Source: an uncultured Gemmatimonadaceae bacterium (GTDB lineage: Bacteria > Gemmatimonadota > Gemmatimonadetes > Gemmatimonadales > GWC2-71-9). From it: a DNA stretch of 64,000 nt. The notes below the pieces were generated by a model, which was not told where the DNA came from, did not search any database, and saw nothing but the letters and a program-made list of their open reading frames with translations. The stretch lies in assembly GCA_964598655.1 (NCBI GenBank), contig CAZRCT010000012.1:101-64100 (forward strand). Direction: 5' to 3'. Below are positions 39,601 through 47,091 of the stretch, piece by piece; the first letter of the stretch is position 1, and every line of letters begins with the position of its first letter. A program made the position numbers and the translations under genes.

Positions 39601-40708
39601 TGCCGTCGGGCGTCGCCGCGTAGCGGCTGGAGAGGAGCGGCGAGAGCGCCACCAGCGTCCCCGCGGACGCCGGTGAGACGGCTGCGGCGCCTGGCAACGC
39701 GGCCAGCTCCGTGGCCAGGCGCGCCAGGAAGGCGTAGGCGATGCTCCCCTCGCCGGGGTTGGCGCGCACCAGGAGCACCCGTGCCCCGAGCCCGCGCAGT
39801 CGCTCGAGGAGGTCGTGCAGCAGCCGGGTCTTGCCGAGGCCCGCAGGGGCCGTGACGTGCACATGCCGGCCGGTGCCCTGGCCCACCGCCTGCCAGGCCT
39901 GCACCAGCGTCGCGAACTCGCGCTCCCGGCCCACCAGTTCCGCGGTGAGCGTGCGCGCCACGCCCTCCGGGTCGGCCACCTGTTCCTGCCGTTCCAGCCG
40001 TCGCAGCAGCGCCCGCGTGGCCGGCTCCGGCTCCCGCCCCTCGGCGGCCAGCAGCACGGCGAGGCTCGAGGCTTCCATGCTGAAGCCCAGGTGGTCGCCG
40101 GCCTGCGCGTGGGCCTCGAGGAGCAGGCGCCAGGTGGCCTCGTTGCCGCGGGCCTCGTCGCGGGCGCGGCGGGCCAGCTGCTGCGCCTCACGGTGCCGGC
40201 CGCTCGCGAGCAGCCGGCGCACCAGCGCCTCCGCCGCGCCGAGGAAAGCCGCACGGTAGCGCTGCCGCTCGATGTCGGCCCAGTGCTCGAACTCGACGCC
40301 GCCCGGCACGGCGAACTCCCCGAGGAAGCCGCCGGTGTAGAGCGCCGTGCCCACCTCCAGGTCGCCGGCGCCCACCGCCGCGAGGAACCGCTCCACGTCG
40401 GTGGTCAGCGGCAGGACCAGCGTCACCTCGCCGCGCGTGGCGGCCAGGGCCTCGCCCCCGAGGACCTGCTTCAGGTACCAGAGGGTCTGGCGCAGGGCGT
40501 GGCGGGCCTTCTCCGGGTCGAGGTCGCCCCAGAGCAGGTCCAGCAGGTGGTCGCGGGTGGTGCTGCGGCGGGGGTCGAGCGCCAGGTAGGCCAGCAGGGC
40601 CAGCGGCTTGCCGGGGCCGAGCACCACGGCGCCGTCCGCCCCCACGAGCGCGGCGGAACCGAGGGTGCGCAACGCGAACGGCGCGGGGCCGGACGGCGGG
40701 CTTGTCAT
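36629..40708 (-). CDS. multidomain transmembrane regulator: SARP-type winged-helix + BTAD + AAA/STAND ATPase + TM + TolB-like (PD40) beta-propeller + Big_2 + C-terminal jelly-roll-like domain
   Basis: 1359 aa; N-terminus …LLAYLALDPRRSTTRDHLLDLLWGDLDPEKARHALRQTLWYLK… and BTAD-like helices; P-loop TAPAGLGKTRLL and Walker B LLLDDSHWLD; TM GAIGAGLLVVLLLIVGAVAL; PD40-like repeats (DWSPDGRYVV, PQWSPDGQRIAF); Big_2-like …SSGDSSVLQVSPAGAVKGLKTGAATVTV…. Confidence 0.8.
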   Translation of the reverse strand: MTSPPSGPAPFALRTLGSAALVGADGAVVLGPGKPLALLAYLALDPRRSTTRDHLLDLLWGDLDPEKARHALRQTLWYLKQVLGGEALAATRGEVTLVLPLTTDVERFLAAVGAGDLEVGTALYTGGFLGEFAVPGGVEFEHWADIERQRYRAAFLGAAEALVRRLLASGRHREAQQLARRARDEARGNEATWRLLLEAHAQAGDHLGFSMEASSLAVLLAAEGREPEPATRALLRRLERQEQVADPEGVARTLTAELVGREREFATLVQAWQAVGQGTGRHVHVTAPAGLGKTRLLHDLLERLRGLGARVLLVRANPGEGSIAYAFLARLATELAALPGAAAVSPASAGTLVALSPLLSSRYAATPDGTAGEEALRRRAAALAELLAVVSDERPVALLLDDSHWLDAASRSALRSVLERLGDTRALVVTASRLSGQTSVAGDGSLVLPLHPLTAAQVLALVGSLGSVPAEPWGPQLTAALARATGGSPLLILETLQLALEAGWLALGDGAWSCPEPAGLARRLGEGSAIRHRVTQLEHPARRALLALALAGTPLPVHLVAPATGLAPGAAEGALAVLEQRGLVTRAGDHFQPAHDEIAAASQDLADAGSVAELHANLGRALAGLRRAELTDLARAGRHLHLASRHVELAGVFSRYLTRLRAQGDGRRVVAIAYEFLGEGTPHDEVAALVRRLPVVTRLLRSSARGAIGAGLLVVLLLIVGAVALRPTPPALSLVATEVDSLGAWHFAAVDIAPDIWSDEGPLQLHPLEFPAFPAGVLSQPGGEAQSINPAPDFTSLAFSIARPKEVDSGTVDLYIASGGRARRLTRTPRDDQPSDWSPDGRYVVGTSARWSPPTQDDYDVVLWDTATGTPTRLTRTTDGDAGPQWSPDGQRIAFWRNWKDIERRSSVCWIPPAAGQEPTCVEPVGADLIGVSGWIDAGTVAVSVDSLGTRIYAALDLATGGWRRLEASLEKGPSPSPGGEAEWLERRSSTTGTRVYEVQPPGRPSAARRLLPSRAGHQIRTVLWRDRAQPRRYLDSLVFVNSPGPLAVGGTLHLAVEGRDGAGRQVPVRVPLEWSSGDSSVLQVSPAGAVKGLKTGAATVTVAIPGWRQATLTVRVASGQVAELLREDWDEHWPSRWDAGGAPFPYVTTGPDGIRGFLNNGDGSFASGAVSHERWDPAEGLGLEAMLYTPITETLFQKLYIHLAEPTEAQLGALRAGAPTALFSGKNTGSGRACGLIYPAGEGSLAVKRLGFVTGAGGRPTPVGRWIRRADRWWTARIQLFPDGRCGVAINGQPVWLSTEPTGFSGQWWIELGFASQRTRMLHGPLRVWRGVPADIDWSPLDTLNGRPLPLDEEPRAR

Positions 40709-40978
40709 GGGGCCGCGGTGGGGAGGGGCGGGGCGGGGGCCACGTGAGGCCGCCCGCCGGATGCCGGAAGGTACGGCCGGGCAGAAACCCCGGCAAGACC
40801 AGCCTGACAGGGATCGTCAGGCGACAGGGAGCTGACAGGACGGAATTGCGCCGGCCGGGGCAGGGCCGGGGTGTGACACTCGGGTGCGCCCGGGCCAGAG
40901 CACCGCGGGCGCGGGTCCGGGCCCGATGGCGCGCTCGGCGGTCCCGCCGGGGGCGCCACCGAGCGCCGGCGGATGGGC

Positions 40979-41704
40979 CTACGAGTTGATGACGCCCCAG
41001 AGCACCGGCACGAGCCCCACGAACCACATCAGCACGCCGGCGATGAGGACGCGGCTCCCCGGCAGCCGCCCCATGACCCCGATCCCGAGGGCGAGGAGCA
41101 CCGTCACCCACAGGGTAAACAGGTCGATGCGGCCCAGGGCGCCCATGAGGAACAACGACGTGTGGTCCGGGTCGAGGAAGCGGCCCACGCCGAGTGAGGT
41201 GCTGTACCGGCCGGTGATGGCCTCGTCCGGCAGGACGAGCATCTGCACCGCGTTCAGCACCGACTCGAGGACCCGGGGAAGCTGGGCGTAGGTGGCGACC
41301 ATGATGGCCTGGCCGAGCTGGGCCGTGCCCTCGAGCAGCTTGTTCACGCCCCAGAGGGCCAGCCCCAGGATCAGCGGCGTGAAGATCGCGTAGATGGCGA
41401 CGCCGAAGATCAGGAATTTCTTGAAGAAGGCCAGGCTTTGCTGGACGTTGGCCTCGGTGATCTGCGGGTTCTTGGCCATGGCGCGGGCCATGCCCCGCTT
41501 GAACTCGAGCTCGAAGACCGGCTCCATCAGGCCCTGGAACGCGAACGTGAGCCCGACGAGAAGGAGCACGAGGACCAGCAGCGCCAGCCCGAACGCCGGC
41601 GTCTCCCGCCGCCGCTCGAACACGGCGCGCGGCGCGTAGAAGATCTCGAAGAGGTCCTCGAACAGCGAGGGCGGGGCTTCCTTGGTGAACGTCGGGAGCG
41701 TCAT
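40979..41704 (-). CDS. Yip1 domain family membrane protein
   Basis: C-terminal 241 codons of ORF 40979..42388; start MTLPTFTKE (ATG 41704); five TM segments, pattern typical of YIP1/DUF1282-type proteins. Confidence 0.7.
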   Translation of the reverse strand: MTLPTFTKEAPPSLFEDLFEIFYAPRAVFERRRETPAFGLALLVLVLLLVGLTFAFQGLMEPVFELEFKRGMARAMAKNPQITEANVQQSLAFFKKFLIFGVAIYAIFTPLILGLALWGVNKLLEGTAQLGQAIMVATYAQLPRVLESVLNAVQMLVLPDEAITGRYSTSLGVGRFLDPDHTSLFLMGALGRIDLFTLWVTVLLALGIGVMGRLPGSRVLIAGVLMWFVGLVPVLWGVINS

Positions 41705-41812
41705 GGCCGTCCGGGTCGGGGAGGGCCGGCGCGAGGGGCGCCGACCGGCACTGCAGAACGTAGGCGCCGGGCCGGTGGTGTCAAAGCCGGCGGAGCCGGG
41801 TATCATCGGGGC

Positions 41813-42412
41813 ATGACCCGTTCCGCCTCCCCCCGCCGCTGGCCAGCCGCGCTCGTCGGCCTGGCCCTGACGTTCCTGCCGCTCCTCGGACCGGTCCCGC
41901 CCGCCCGTCCGGCGCCAACGCCGGCCGTCGCCGACACGCTGCTTACCATCCTCCTGGCCCGTCCCGTGCTCGACTCCATGGGCGCCATCTGGACCCGCGC
42001 CAACGAGCACTGGAACGAGCTCGCCGACCTCAACTGGATGGAACGCAACCTCGGCACCGTCCGCCCCACCCAGCGGGAGTTTCTGGGCTGCCTCCAGGGC
42101 GAGCGCCGCGGCGACACCCTCGCCGTGGACGGCTGGGTCCCCGCCCGCAACATGAAGCGCCTCATGACCGCCGTCACCGGCGACTGCTCCGGCCTCGCAC
42201 GCTACGTCGGCACCTTTCACACCCACCCCTACCTGGCCGACGCGCAGAACCTCCCCACCAAGCAGCGCTTCCTGGCGCCCCAGGACCTGCTGAGCTTCGA
42301 GGGCGGCGACGATCCGGTGGCGCTCGTGGTCTGGGACGTGGACTCGGTGGACGCCGCGGGGCGGACGGCGGCGGGGACGGTGGTGCACCCGGCGGCGGTG
42401 GTGGTGCGCTGA
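41813..42412 (+). CDS. hypothetical exported protein with JAB/MPN (JAMM)-like motif
   Basis: ORF 41438..42412, start at MTRSASPRRWPAALVGLALTFL (ATG 41813); …EFLGCLQG…GTFHTHPY…LAPQD… resembles E…HxH…SxxD metalloprotease motif with Ser replaced by Ala. Confidence 0.5.
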   Translation: MTRSASPRRWPAALVGLALTFLPLLGPVPPARPAPTPAVADTLLTILLARPVLDSMGAIWTRANEHWNELADLNWMERNLGTVRPTQREFLGCLQGERRGDTLAVDGWVPARNMKRLMTAVTGDCSGLARYVGTFHTHPYLADAQNLPTKQRFLAPQDLLSFEGGDDPVALVVWDVDSVDAAGRTAAGTVVHPAAVVVR

Positions 42413-42508
42413 GGCTCGGCGTGGTGGAGGCGGGCTGGAGGAGGGGGTGAGGGCAGGGGCGAGGATGGCGGCGCCCGCTGGGTGATGCCCGCGGCCGGGC
42501 GAACGCGC

Positions 42509-42832
42509 TCAGCCCTCGCAGACCTGTTCCCGGACCCAGGCCAGGTACGGCGCGCTCCCGGCCACCGCGGGGACGGCCACGATCTCCGGCACCTGGTACG
42601 GATGCAGCGCCCGGAGCCGCGCCTCGAGGGCGGGGTAGCGCGCGGCGGTGGTCTTGAGGTGGCAGTGCCACTCGGTGGCCCGGTCCACCTTTCCCTCCCA
42701 GCGGAACACGCTGGCGATGGGGCCCTGCACCTGGGCGCAGGCCGCGAGCCGCTCGGTCACCACGGTCTCGGCGGCGCGGGTGGCGTCCGCCTCCGAGGGC
42801 CAGGTGGTGGTGACGATGAGGATCTCCGTCAT
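42509..42832 (-). CDS. cutA: divalent-cation tolerance protein CutA
   Basis: 107 aa, …LAACAQVQGPIASVFRWEGKV…EWHCHLKT…YQVPEIVA… conserved CutA1 pattern. Confidence 0.85.
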   Translation of the reverse strand: MTEILIVTTTWPSEADATRAAETVVTERLAACAQVQGPIASVFRWEGKVDRATEWHCHLKTTAARYPALEARLRALHPYQVPEIVAVPAVAGSAPYLAWVREQVCEG

Positions 42833-42856
42833 GATCGGGCTCCCCCTAGAAACGAC

Positions 42857-42884
42857 GTAGGGGCCGGATATATCCGGCCCCTAC
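42857..42884 (-). terminator. intrinsic terminator-like hairpin after lipoprotein gene
   Basis: GTAGGGGCCGGAT-at-ATCCGGCCCCTAC, 13-bp perfect stem; followed on minus strand by GTCGTTTCTAG. Confidence 0.55.
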
Positions 42885-42908
42885 ACGATACTCGACCTGC
42901 CGCCGAGT

Positions 42909-43286
42909 TCAGGACGGGATCGTCGTCTCGTCCCCGGTCTTGCCGTCGTCGATGGGGACGATGGCCACGCGCCAGCCGCTCTTGAACGTGACGACGATGC
43001 GATTGCTCTGCGGGTCGCCGCTGATGTCGGTGATGTCGGCGTTGAACTTGTTCTTGGCGTAGGTGATGGCCACCTCCACCTGCTTCTCGGGGCCCGAGTT
43101 GTAGGGCCGGCCGAACTCGCGGCCGATCGCGACGCTGATGGCCTGCTCGCGCCCGTAGGTGGCGAACTTGTCAGCGGCCACGAGGCCGTCCTGGTTGGCG
43201 ACGTGCCGGGTGAACTGGTAGTCGCGGCACGCCCCGGTGAGCACCAGGAGCGACAGGGCGACGGCGGCGGAACGGGCAAAGCGCAT
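42909..43286 (-). CDS. hypothetical lipoprotein
   Basis: C-terminal 125 codons of ORF 42909..43436; MRFARSAAVALSLLVLTGACRD lipobox. Confidence 0.6.
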   Translation of the reverse strand: MRFARSAAVALSLLVLTGACRDYQFTRHVANQDGLVAADKFATYGREQAISVAIGREFGRPYNSGPEKQVEVAITYAKNKFNADITDISGDPQSNRIVVTFKSGWRVAIVPIDDGKTGDETTIPS

Positions 43287-43333
43287 ATAATGATGGGGTA
43301 CGGGACGCACGAAACTACCCTCTCCCCGGGCCC

Positions 43334-44089
43334 ATGCGCAACGCTCGCCGCCTCTTCCTCGTCGCCCTGCTGGTGGCCGGAACCCTGAACGCCCAGGTGG
43401 CACCCACCCCGGGGCCGACGACCCCGGCCACGGCACCCGTCCGGCGGCCGCCGCCCTCGCTCGGCATCCTCCCCGTGGGCCTCGGGCTGGGCGCCGTGGC
43501 CCTCCTGTCGCTGGTGGACGAGCCGCTCCGGGACGCCCTGCAGGACCACCGCACCGCCCGCGGCGACGACCTGGCCCGCACCTTCAGGCGCGTCGGCGAG
43601 CCGGTGGTCTACCTGCCCGTGGCGCTCGGCACGGTGGCCGTGGGCCTGGTGGCGGGGCGGCCGGCGGTGACCCGAGCCGGGGGGCGGATCGCCGGGAGCC
43701 TCCTGGTGGCGGGGCTCGCCACCAACCTCATCAAGCCGGTCGTCGGCCGACGACGCCCGAACGGCGGCACGGGCGCCCACGACTTCTCTCCCCTGGGCGG
43801 CTGGGACAGCTGGCCGAGCGGGCACACGACGATGGCCTTCGCGCTGGCGACGAGCGTGAGCGACGAGGTGCACTCGCTGCCGGTCACCGTGGCGCTCTAC
43901 GGCGCCGCGACGATGACGGCCTGGTCCCGGATGAACGACGACCGCCACTGGCTCACCGACGTGGTGACCGGCGCGGCGATCGGCACGCTGAGCGCGAAGG
44001 TGATCAACGGGCGGCTCCGGGTGTTCGGCGTGGGCGGGCCGCGCTTCCTGCTCGAGCCCGGGCGCGTCGGCCTCACCGCAACGTTTTAG
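43334..44089 (+). CDS. PAP2 superfamily phosphatase
   Basis: Tripartite motif KPVVGRRRP … PSGH … SRMNDDRHWLTD. Confidence 0.85.
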   Translation: MRNARRLFLVALLVAGTLNAQVAPTPGPTTPATAPVRRPPPSLGILPVGLGLGAVALLSLVDEPLRDALQDHRTARGDDLARTFRRVGEPVVYLPVALGTVAVGLVAGRPAVTRAGGRIAGSLLVAGLATNLIKPVVGRRRPNGGTGAHDFSPLGGWDSWPSGHTTMAFALATSVSDEVHSLPVTVALYGAATMTAWSRMNDDRHWLTDVVTGAAIGTLSAKVINGRLRVFGVGGPRFLLEPGRVGLTATF

Positions 44090-44110
44090 CCTCGTCGCCC
44101 CGGCACGAAA

Positions 44111-44147
44111 CAGCGTAGCGCCCGGGCGACGCCCGGGCGCTACGCTG
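44111..44147. terminator. long perfect palindrome between convergent genes (bidirectional terminator)
   Basis: CAGCGTAGCGCCCGGGCG-a-CGCCCGGGCGCTACGCTG (18-nt arms). Confidence 0.6.
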
Positions 44148-44187
44148 ATCGCTGCGATACGGCGCTCGTCGCGAGACGCGCGCCGGG

Positions 44188-45420
44188 TTACGCGGCCATC
44201 GGCTCCTCGACCCAGATGTATGCCGGGTCAATGACGCCGGTCTGTTCGTCGCGGATGTGCCACGTCATGCCCGACGCATCGAGCAGGCGCATGAACGGAT
44301 CCGGGTCGAACTGCTCGGGCGAGAGGACGCCGCTGCCCTGCCACTCCCCGCTCGCGATCAGCTGGGCGGCGAGCACGGGCGGCAGGCCCGTCTGGTACGC
44401 GGTGGCCTGGACCCCGTAGGTGTTCCAGCACTCCTGGTGGTCGGTCACGTTGTAGATGTAGTACGCCCGCTCCTGGCCGTCGCGGATCCCCTTGCAGAGG
44501 GTGCCGACGCACGTCTTGCCGTGCAGCTTGCCGGCGAGGGCGGCCGGCTCGGGGAGCAGCGCCACCACCACGTCGCGCGGCGCCACCTCGGTGTTCCCCA
44601 CCCGCACCTTGTCCTTCCGGCTGAGCCCCAGCTCCTTGAGCACCTTGAGCGTGCGCCAGGTGGTGTCGTCCATGCAGAGCTTGAAGTCGGCGGCGTGGAT
44701 CCCCGGGAAGAACATGGGGAAGGTGCGCGACTCCTCGTGGTCCACATGATAGACGGTGAGGTTGCCGAGCTCGGGGAAGTTGAAGACTTCCCGGCCGCTG
44801 AGCGCGGGCTCCAGGTGATAGGCGCCATCGTGCCAGCTGATCGCCCCGCAGGTGGTCTCGTCGATGAAGACCCAGGGGCTGAAGTAGGCGAGGAAGCCGG
44901 TGTGGCCCTCGCAGACGGCGTTGTCGCCGTCGCGCACGCGGAGCTCGGTCACCTCGTCGAGGAGGTGCTTGGCGGCGTAGGCGGCGTAGACGTTGGAGGT
45001 GCCGGGATCCGCGCCCATGCCGAGGAGGGCGAGGCGGCCCGCCGCCTTGAACTCCTCGTGGAGCGCAAACTGGTCCGTCAGCTTCGGGATCCCGTCGTTC
45101 TCGGCGCCGCCCGAGGCCATGTCGATGTAGTCGCAGCCGGCATCGAGGCAGGCGCGCATCACGACGAGGTTGGTGGCCGGCAGGGCGGCGTTGAGCAGGA
45201 GGGTGCTACCGGTGCCCCGGATGGCGCGGGCCAGGGTCTCGCGATTGCCCGCGTCCAGCGTGAGCGCGTGCACGTGCGGCTTGCCGATCTGCTGGGCCAG
45301 GGCCTGGGCGCGGCCGGGCACGGCATCGGCGATGACGAGCTGCTCCACGGAGCTGAGCTCCGCGAACTTTCGGGCGGACACCGTCCCCACGGCGCCACAG
45401 CCCAACACCAGGACTTTCAC
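44188..45420 (-). CDS. saccharopine dehydrogenase family NAD(P)-binding oxidoreductase
   Basis: GTG start preceded by AAGAGGAG; Rossmann VLVLGCGAVG; length and …LGMGADPGTSNV… motif typical of the family. Confidence 0.85.
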   Translation of the reverse strand: MKVLVLGCGAVGTVSARKFAELSSVEQLVIADAVPGRAQALAQQIGKPHVHALTLDAGNRETLARAIRGTGSTLLLNAALPATNLVVMRACLDAGCDYIDMASGGAENDGIPKLTDQFALHEEFKAAGRLALLGMGADPGTSNVYAAYAAKHLLDEVTELRVRDGDNAVCEGHTGFLAYFSPWVFIDETTCGAISWHDGAYHLEPALSGREVFNFPELGNLTVYHVDHEESRTFPMFFPGIHAADFKLCMDDTTWRTLKVLKELGLSRKDKVRVGNTEVAPRDVVVALLPEPAALAGKLHGKTCVGTLCKGIRDGQERAYYIYNVTDHQECWNTYGVQATAYQTGLPPVLAAQLIASGEWQGSGVLSPEQFDPDPFMRLLDASGMTWHIRDEQTGVIDPAYIWVEEPMAA

Positions 45421-45884
45421 AAACTCCTCTTTTCATTGTGGAGCGGGCCTCGGTCTGGCGGCCGTTCGACTCGGGGACCGATGCGTCGGCCTCCTCATCC
45501 CCAGGCTCACCTCGCCCCCCCCGCTGACAGGGGTCGCGACTCAAGGGTGCAGTCAGTCGCGAGATCGAACCTCCCGGGTGTCGGGAGATGCAAACACGCC
45601 CCCTGGCCAGGCCAGGCGACGCATGCCCAGTCTGGCGCTCCGGCCCCGGGGCTGTCCAGCCCCCCCGGGGGGTGGGCATGCCCGATGGCGTTTGGGGGTT
45701 GACAGATTGGCGTCAAACCAACTCATTGCAGGATAACGAGATACCATCGGGACCCCGCCCCGAAGGTGGATCCGGACTGGTCCGGCATTCGGGCACGCCT
45801 TGCTCACGAATCCCGGGGCGCAGCCGACAGTGGAAAGTGGAGGCGAGCGCCAGCAGGCGACGTCGTCCGGGGAAAGGAGGCCTC

Positions 45885-46322
45885 ATGGCGGAGACCCCGC
45901 GTCCATCGGTGCAGCTCAAGTACGGCCTCGCCGGAGGCGGGGCGGCGCACGCCGGCGAGCAGCCCTACGTGCTCGTGGTGGACGACGACCCGGACATGAC
46001 GCGCCTGCTCACGGCCGCGCTCGCCACGCGGGGGATCAGCTGCACGGCGGCGTACGACTCCATCCAGGGGTTCATGCTGACCCAGCGGCGGCATCCCAAG
46101 CTGATCCTCCTCGACTGGCACATGCCGGGGGGTGGCGGGCCGGCGATGCTGCACCAGCTCACCCGGAGCGCCCACACCAAGGACATCCCCGTCGTGGTGG
46201 TGACCCAGGACATCTCCCCCGAGGTGGACATCATCGCGGCCCAGCACGGCGCCAAGGCGGTGATGCGGAAGCCGATCGACCCGATGAAGTTCCTGGACCT
46301 GGTGGCGGCGCTCGTGAAGTGA
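45885..46322 (+). CDS. single-domain (CheY-like) response regulator
   Basis: ORF 45588..46322, start at MAETPRP (ATG 45885) preceded by AAAGGAGG; …VLVVDDDPD…LILLDWHMPGGGG…KP… receiver motifs. Confidence 0.85.
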   Translation: MAETPRPSVQLKYGLAGGGAAHAGEQPYVLVVDDDPDMTRLLTAALATRGISCTAAYDSIQGFMLTQRRHPKLILLDWHMPGGGGPAMLHQLTRSAHTKDIPVVVVTQDISPEVDIIAAQHGAKAVMRKPIDPMKFLDLVAALVK

Positions 46323-46349
46323 GCGGGGGTGGTGGGAACGGCAACTGAA

Positions 46350-46540
46350 GGAACCACAGAGGCACGGAGGGCACAGAGGTCACGGAGGGATCGAGCCCGG
46401 ATCGGCGCGTTGCCGACCCGGGCTCTGTGATTTTCTTAGTGGGGTTCCGCGATGATCGGGGTCCGCTGCCGGTCCCGAACCGACACCCACCTCAACCGCT
46501 GTTCTCTGTGCCCCTCTGTGCCCTCTGTGCCTCTGTGGTT
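46350..46540 (+). repeat. MITE-like palindromic repeat, copy B (191 bp)
   Basis: GGAACCACAGAGGCACGGAGGGCACAGAGGTCACGGAGGG … CTCTGTGCCCCTCTGTGCCCTCTGTGCCTCTGTGGTT; internal hairpin 46393-46425. Confidence 0.85.
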
Positions 46541-46701
46541 ATGACACCATTCCCCAGCCCTGCCCCTCAGCCTCCCCACGCCCCCCCCACCCGCCACTGC
46601 CGCGACTCACGGCACCACCAGCCATGATCTTGCGCTTCTTGTGTCCTTGGATAACCTAAGCGTCCCGAGTTTCGGGTTACCCAGGGTCACACAAGGTCGT
46701 C

Positions 46702-47091
46702 ATGCAGCTCCTCAGTGCCGCCGAGACGGCTCGGCTCCTCCACCTGAACGTCAAGCGGGTCCAGGCCATGGCGCGGGCCGGGCGGCTGCCCGCGACGCGG
46801 GTCGGGCGGAAGTGGCTGTTTCCCAAGAGCCGCATCGACGCCCTGCTCGGCCAGCCGCCCGAGGACGCGGTGGTTCGCGGCGTCGAGCTCTCGGCGCGGA
46901 ACCAGTTGCGGGGCACCGTCCACCGGATCGACGGCGATGGGGTCCTGTGCGAGGTCGTGGTGGACATCGGAGGACAGGAGCTCGTGGCCATCATCACCCG
47001 CGCGTCGGTGGAACGGCTCCGCCTGGGCGTGGGGGCCCCCGTGGTGGCCGTCATCAAGTCCACGGAAGTCATGATCGGGCGGGACCTGTGA
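46702..47091 (+). CDS. excisionase/MerR-type HTH + TOBE (molybdate-binding Mop) domain regulator
   Basis: N-terminal …[38 protein letters not shown]…; C-terminal TOBE …[28 protein letters not shown]…[10 protein letters not shown]. Confidence 0.8.
   Translation: MQLLSAAETARLLHLNVKRVQAMARAGRLPATRVGRKWLFPKSRIDALLGQPPEDAVVRGVELSARNQLRGTVHRIDGDGVLCEVVVDIGGQELVAIITRASVERLRLGVGAPVVAVIKSTEVMIGRDL

Noticed and set aside
43286-43291. Perfect TATAAT hexamer between the divergent lipoprotein and PAP2 genes
   Set aside because: It overlaps the lipoprotein start codon, and nothing resembling a -35 box lies 16-18 bp upstream. Sigma-70 consensus rules may not apply in this lineage, so I did not call it as a promoter.
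45558-45576. tRNA/tmRNA-like T-loop string GGTTCGATC on the minus strand
   Set aside because: The flanks do not form a 5-bp T-stem, and there is no acceptor stem, anticodon arm or CCA context. No tag-peptide reading frame lies nearby. I take it as a chance match inside a GC hairpin region.
46352-46390. Short tandem units (CACAGAGG / CACGGAGG) in the repeat arms considered as a CRISPR-like or microsatellite array
   Set aside because: The units are 8-10 nt with no spacers, only ~4 per arm, and are mirrored as an inverted repeat ~110 bp away. No cas genes are present. The architecture fits MITE/REP-like terminal inverted repeats instead.
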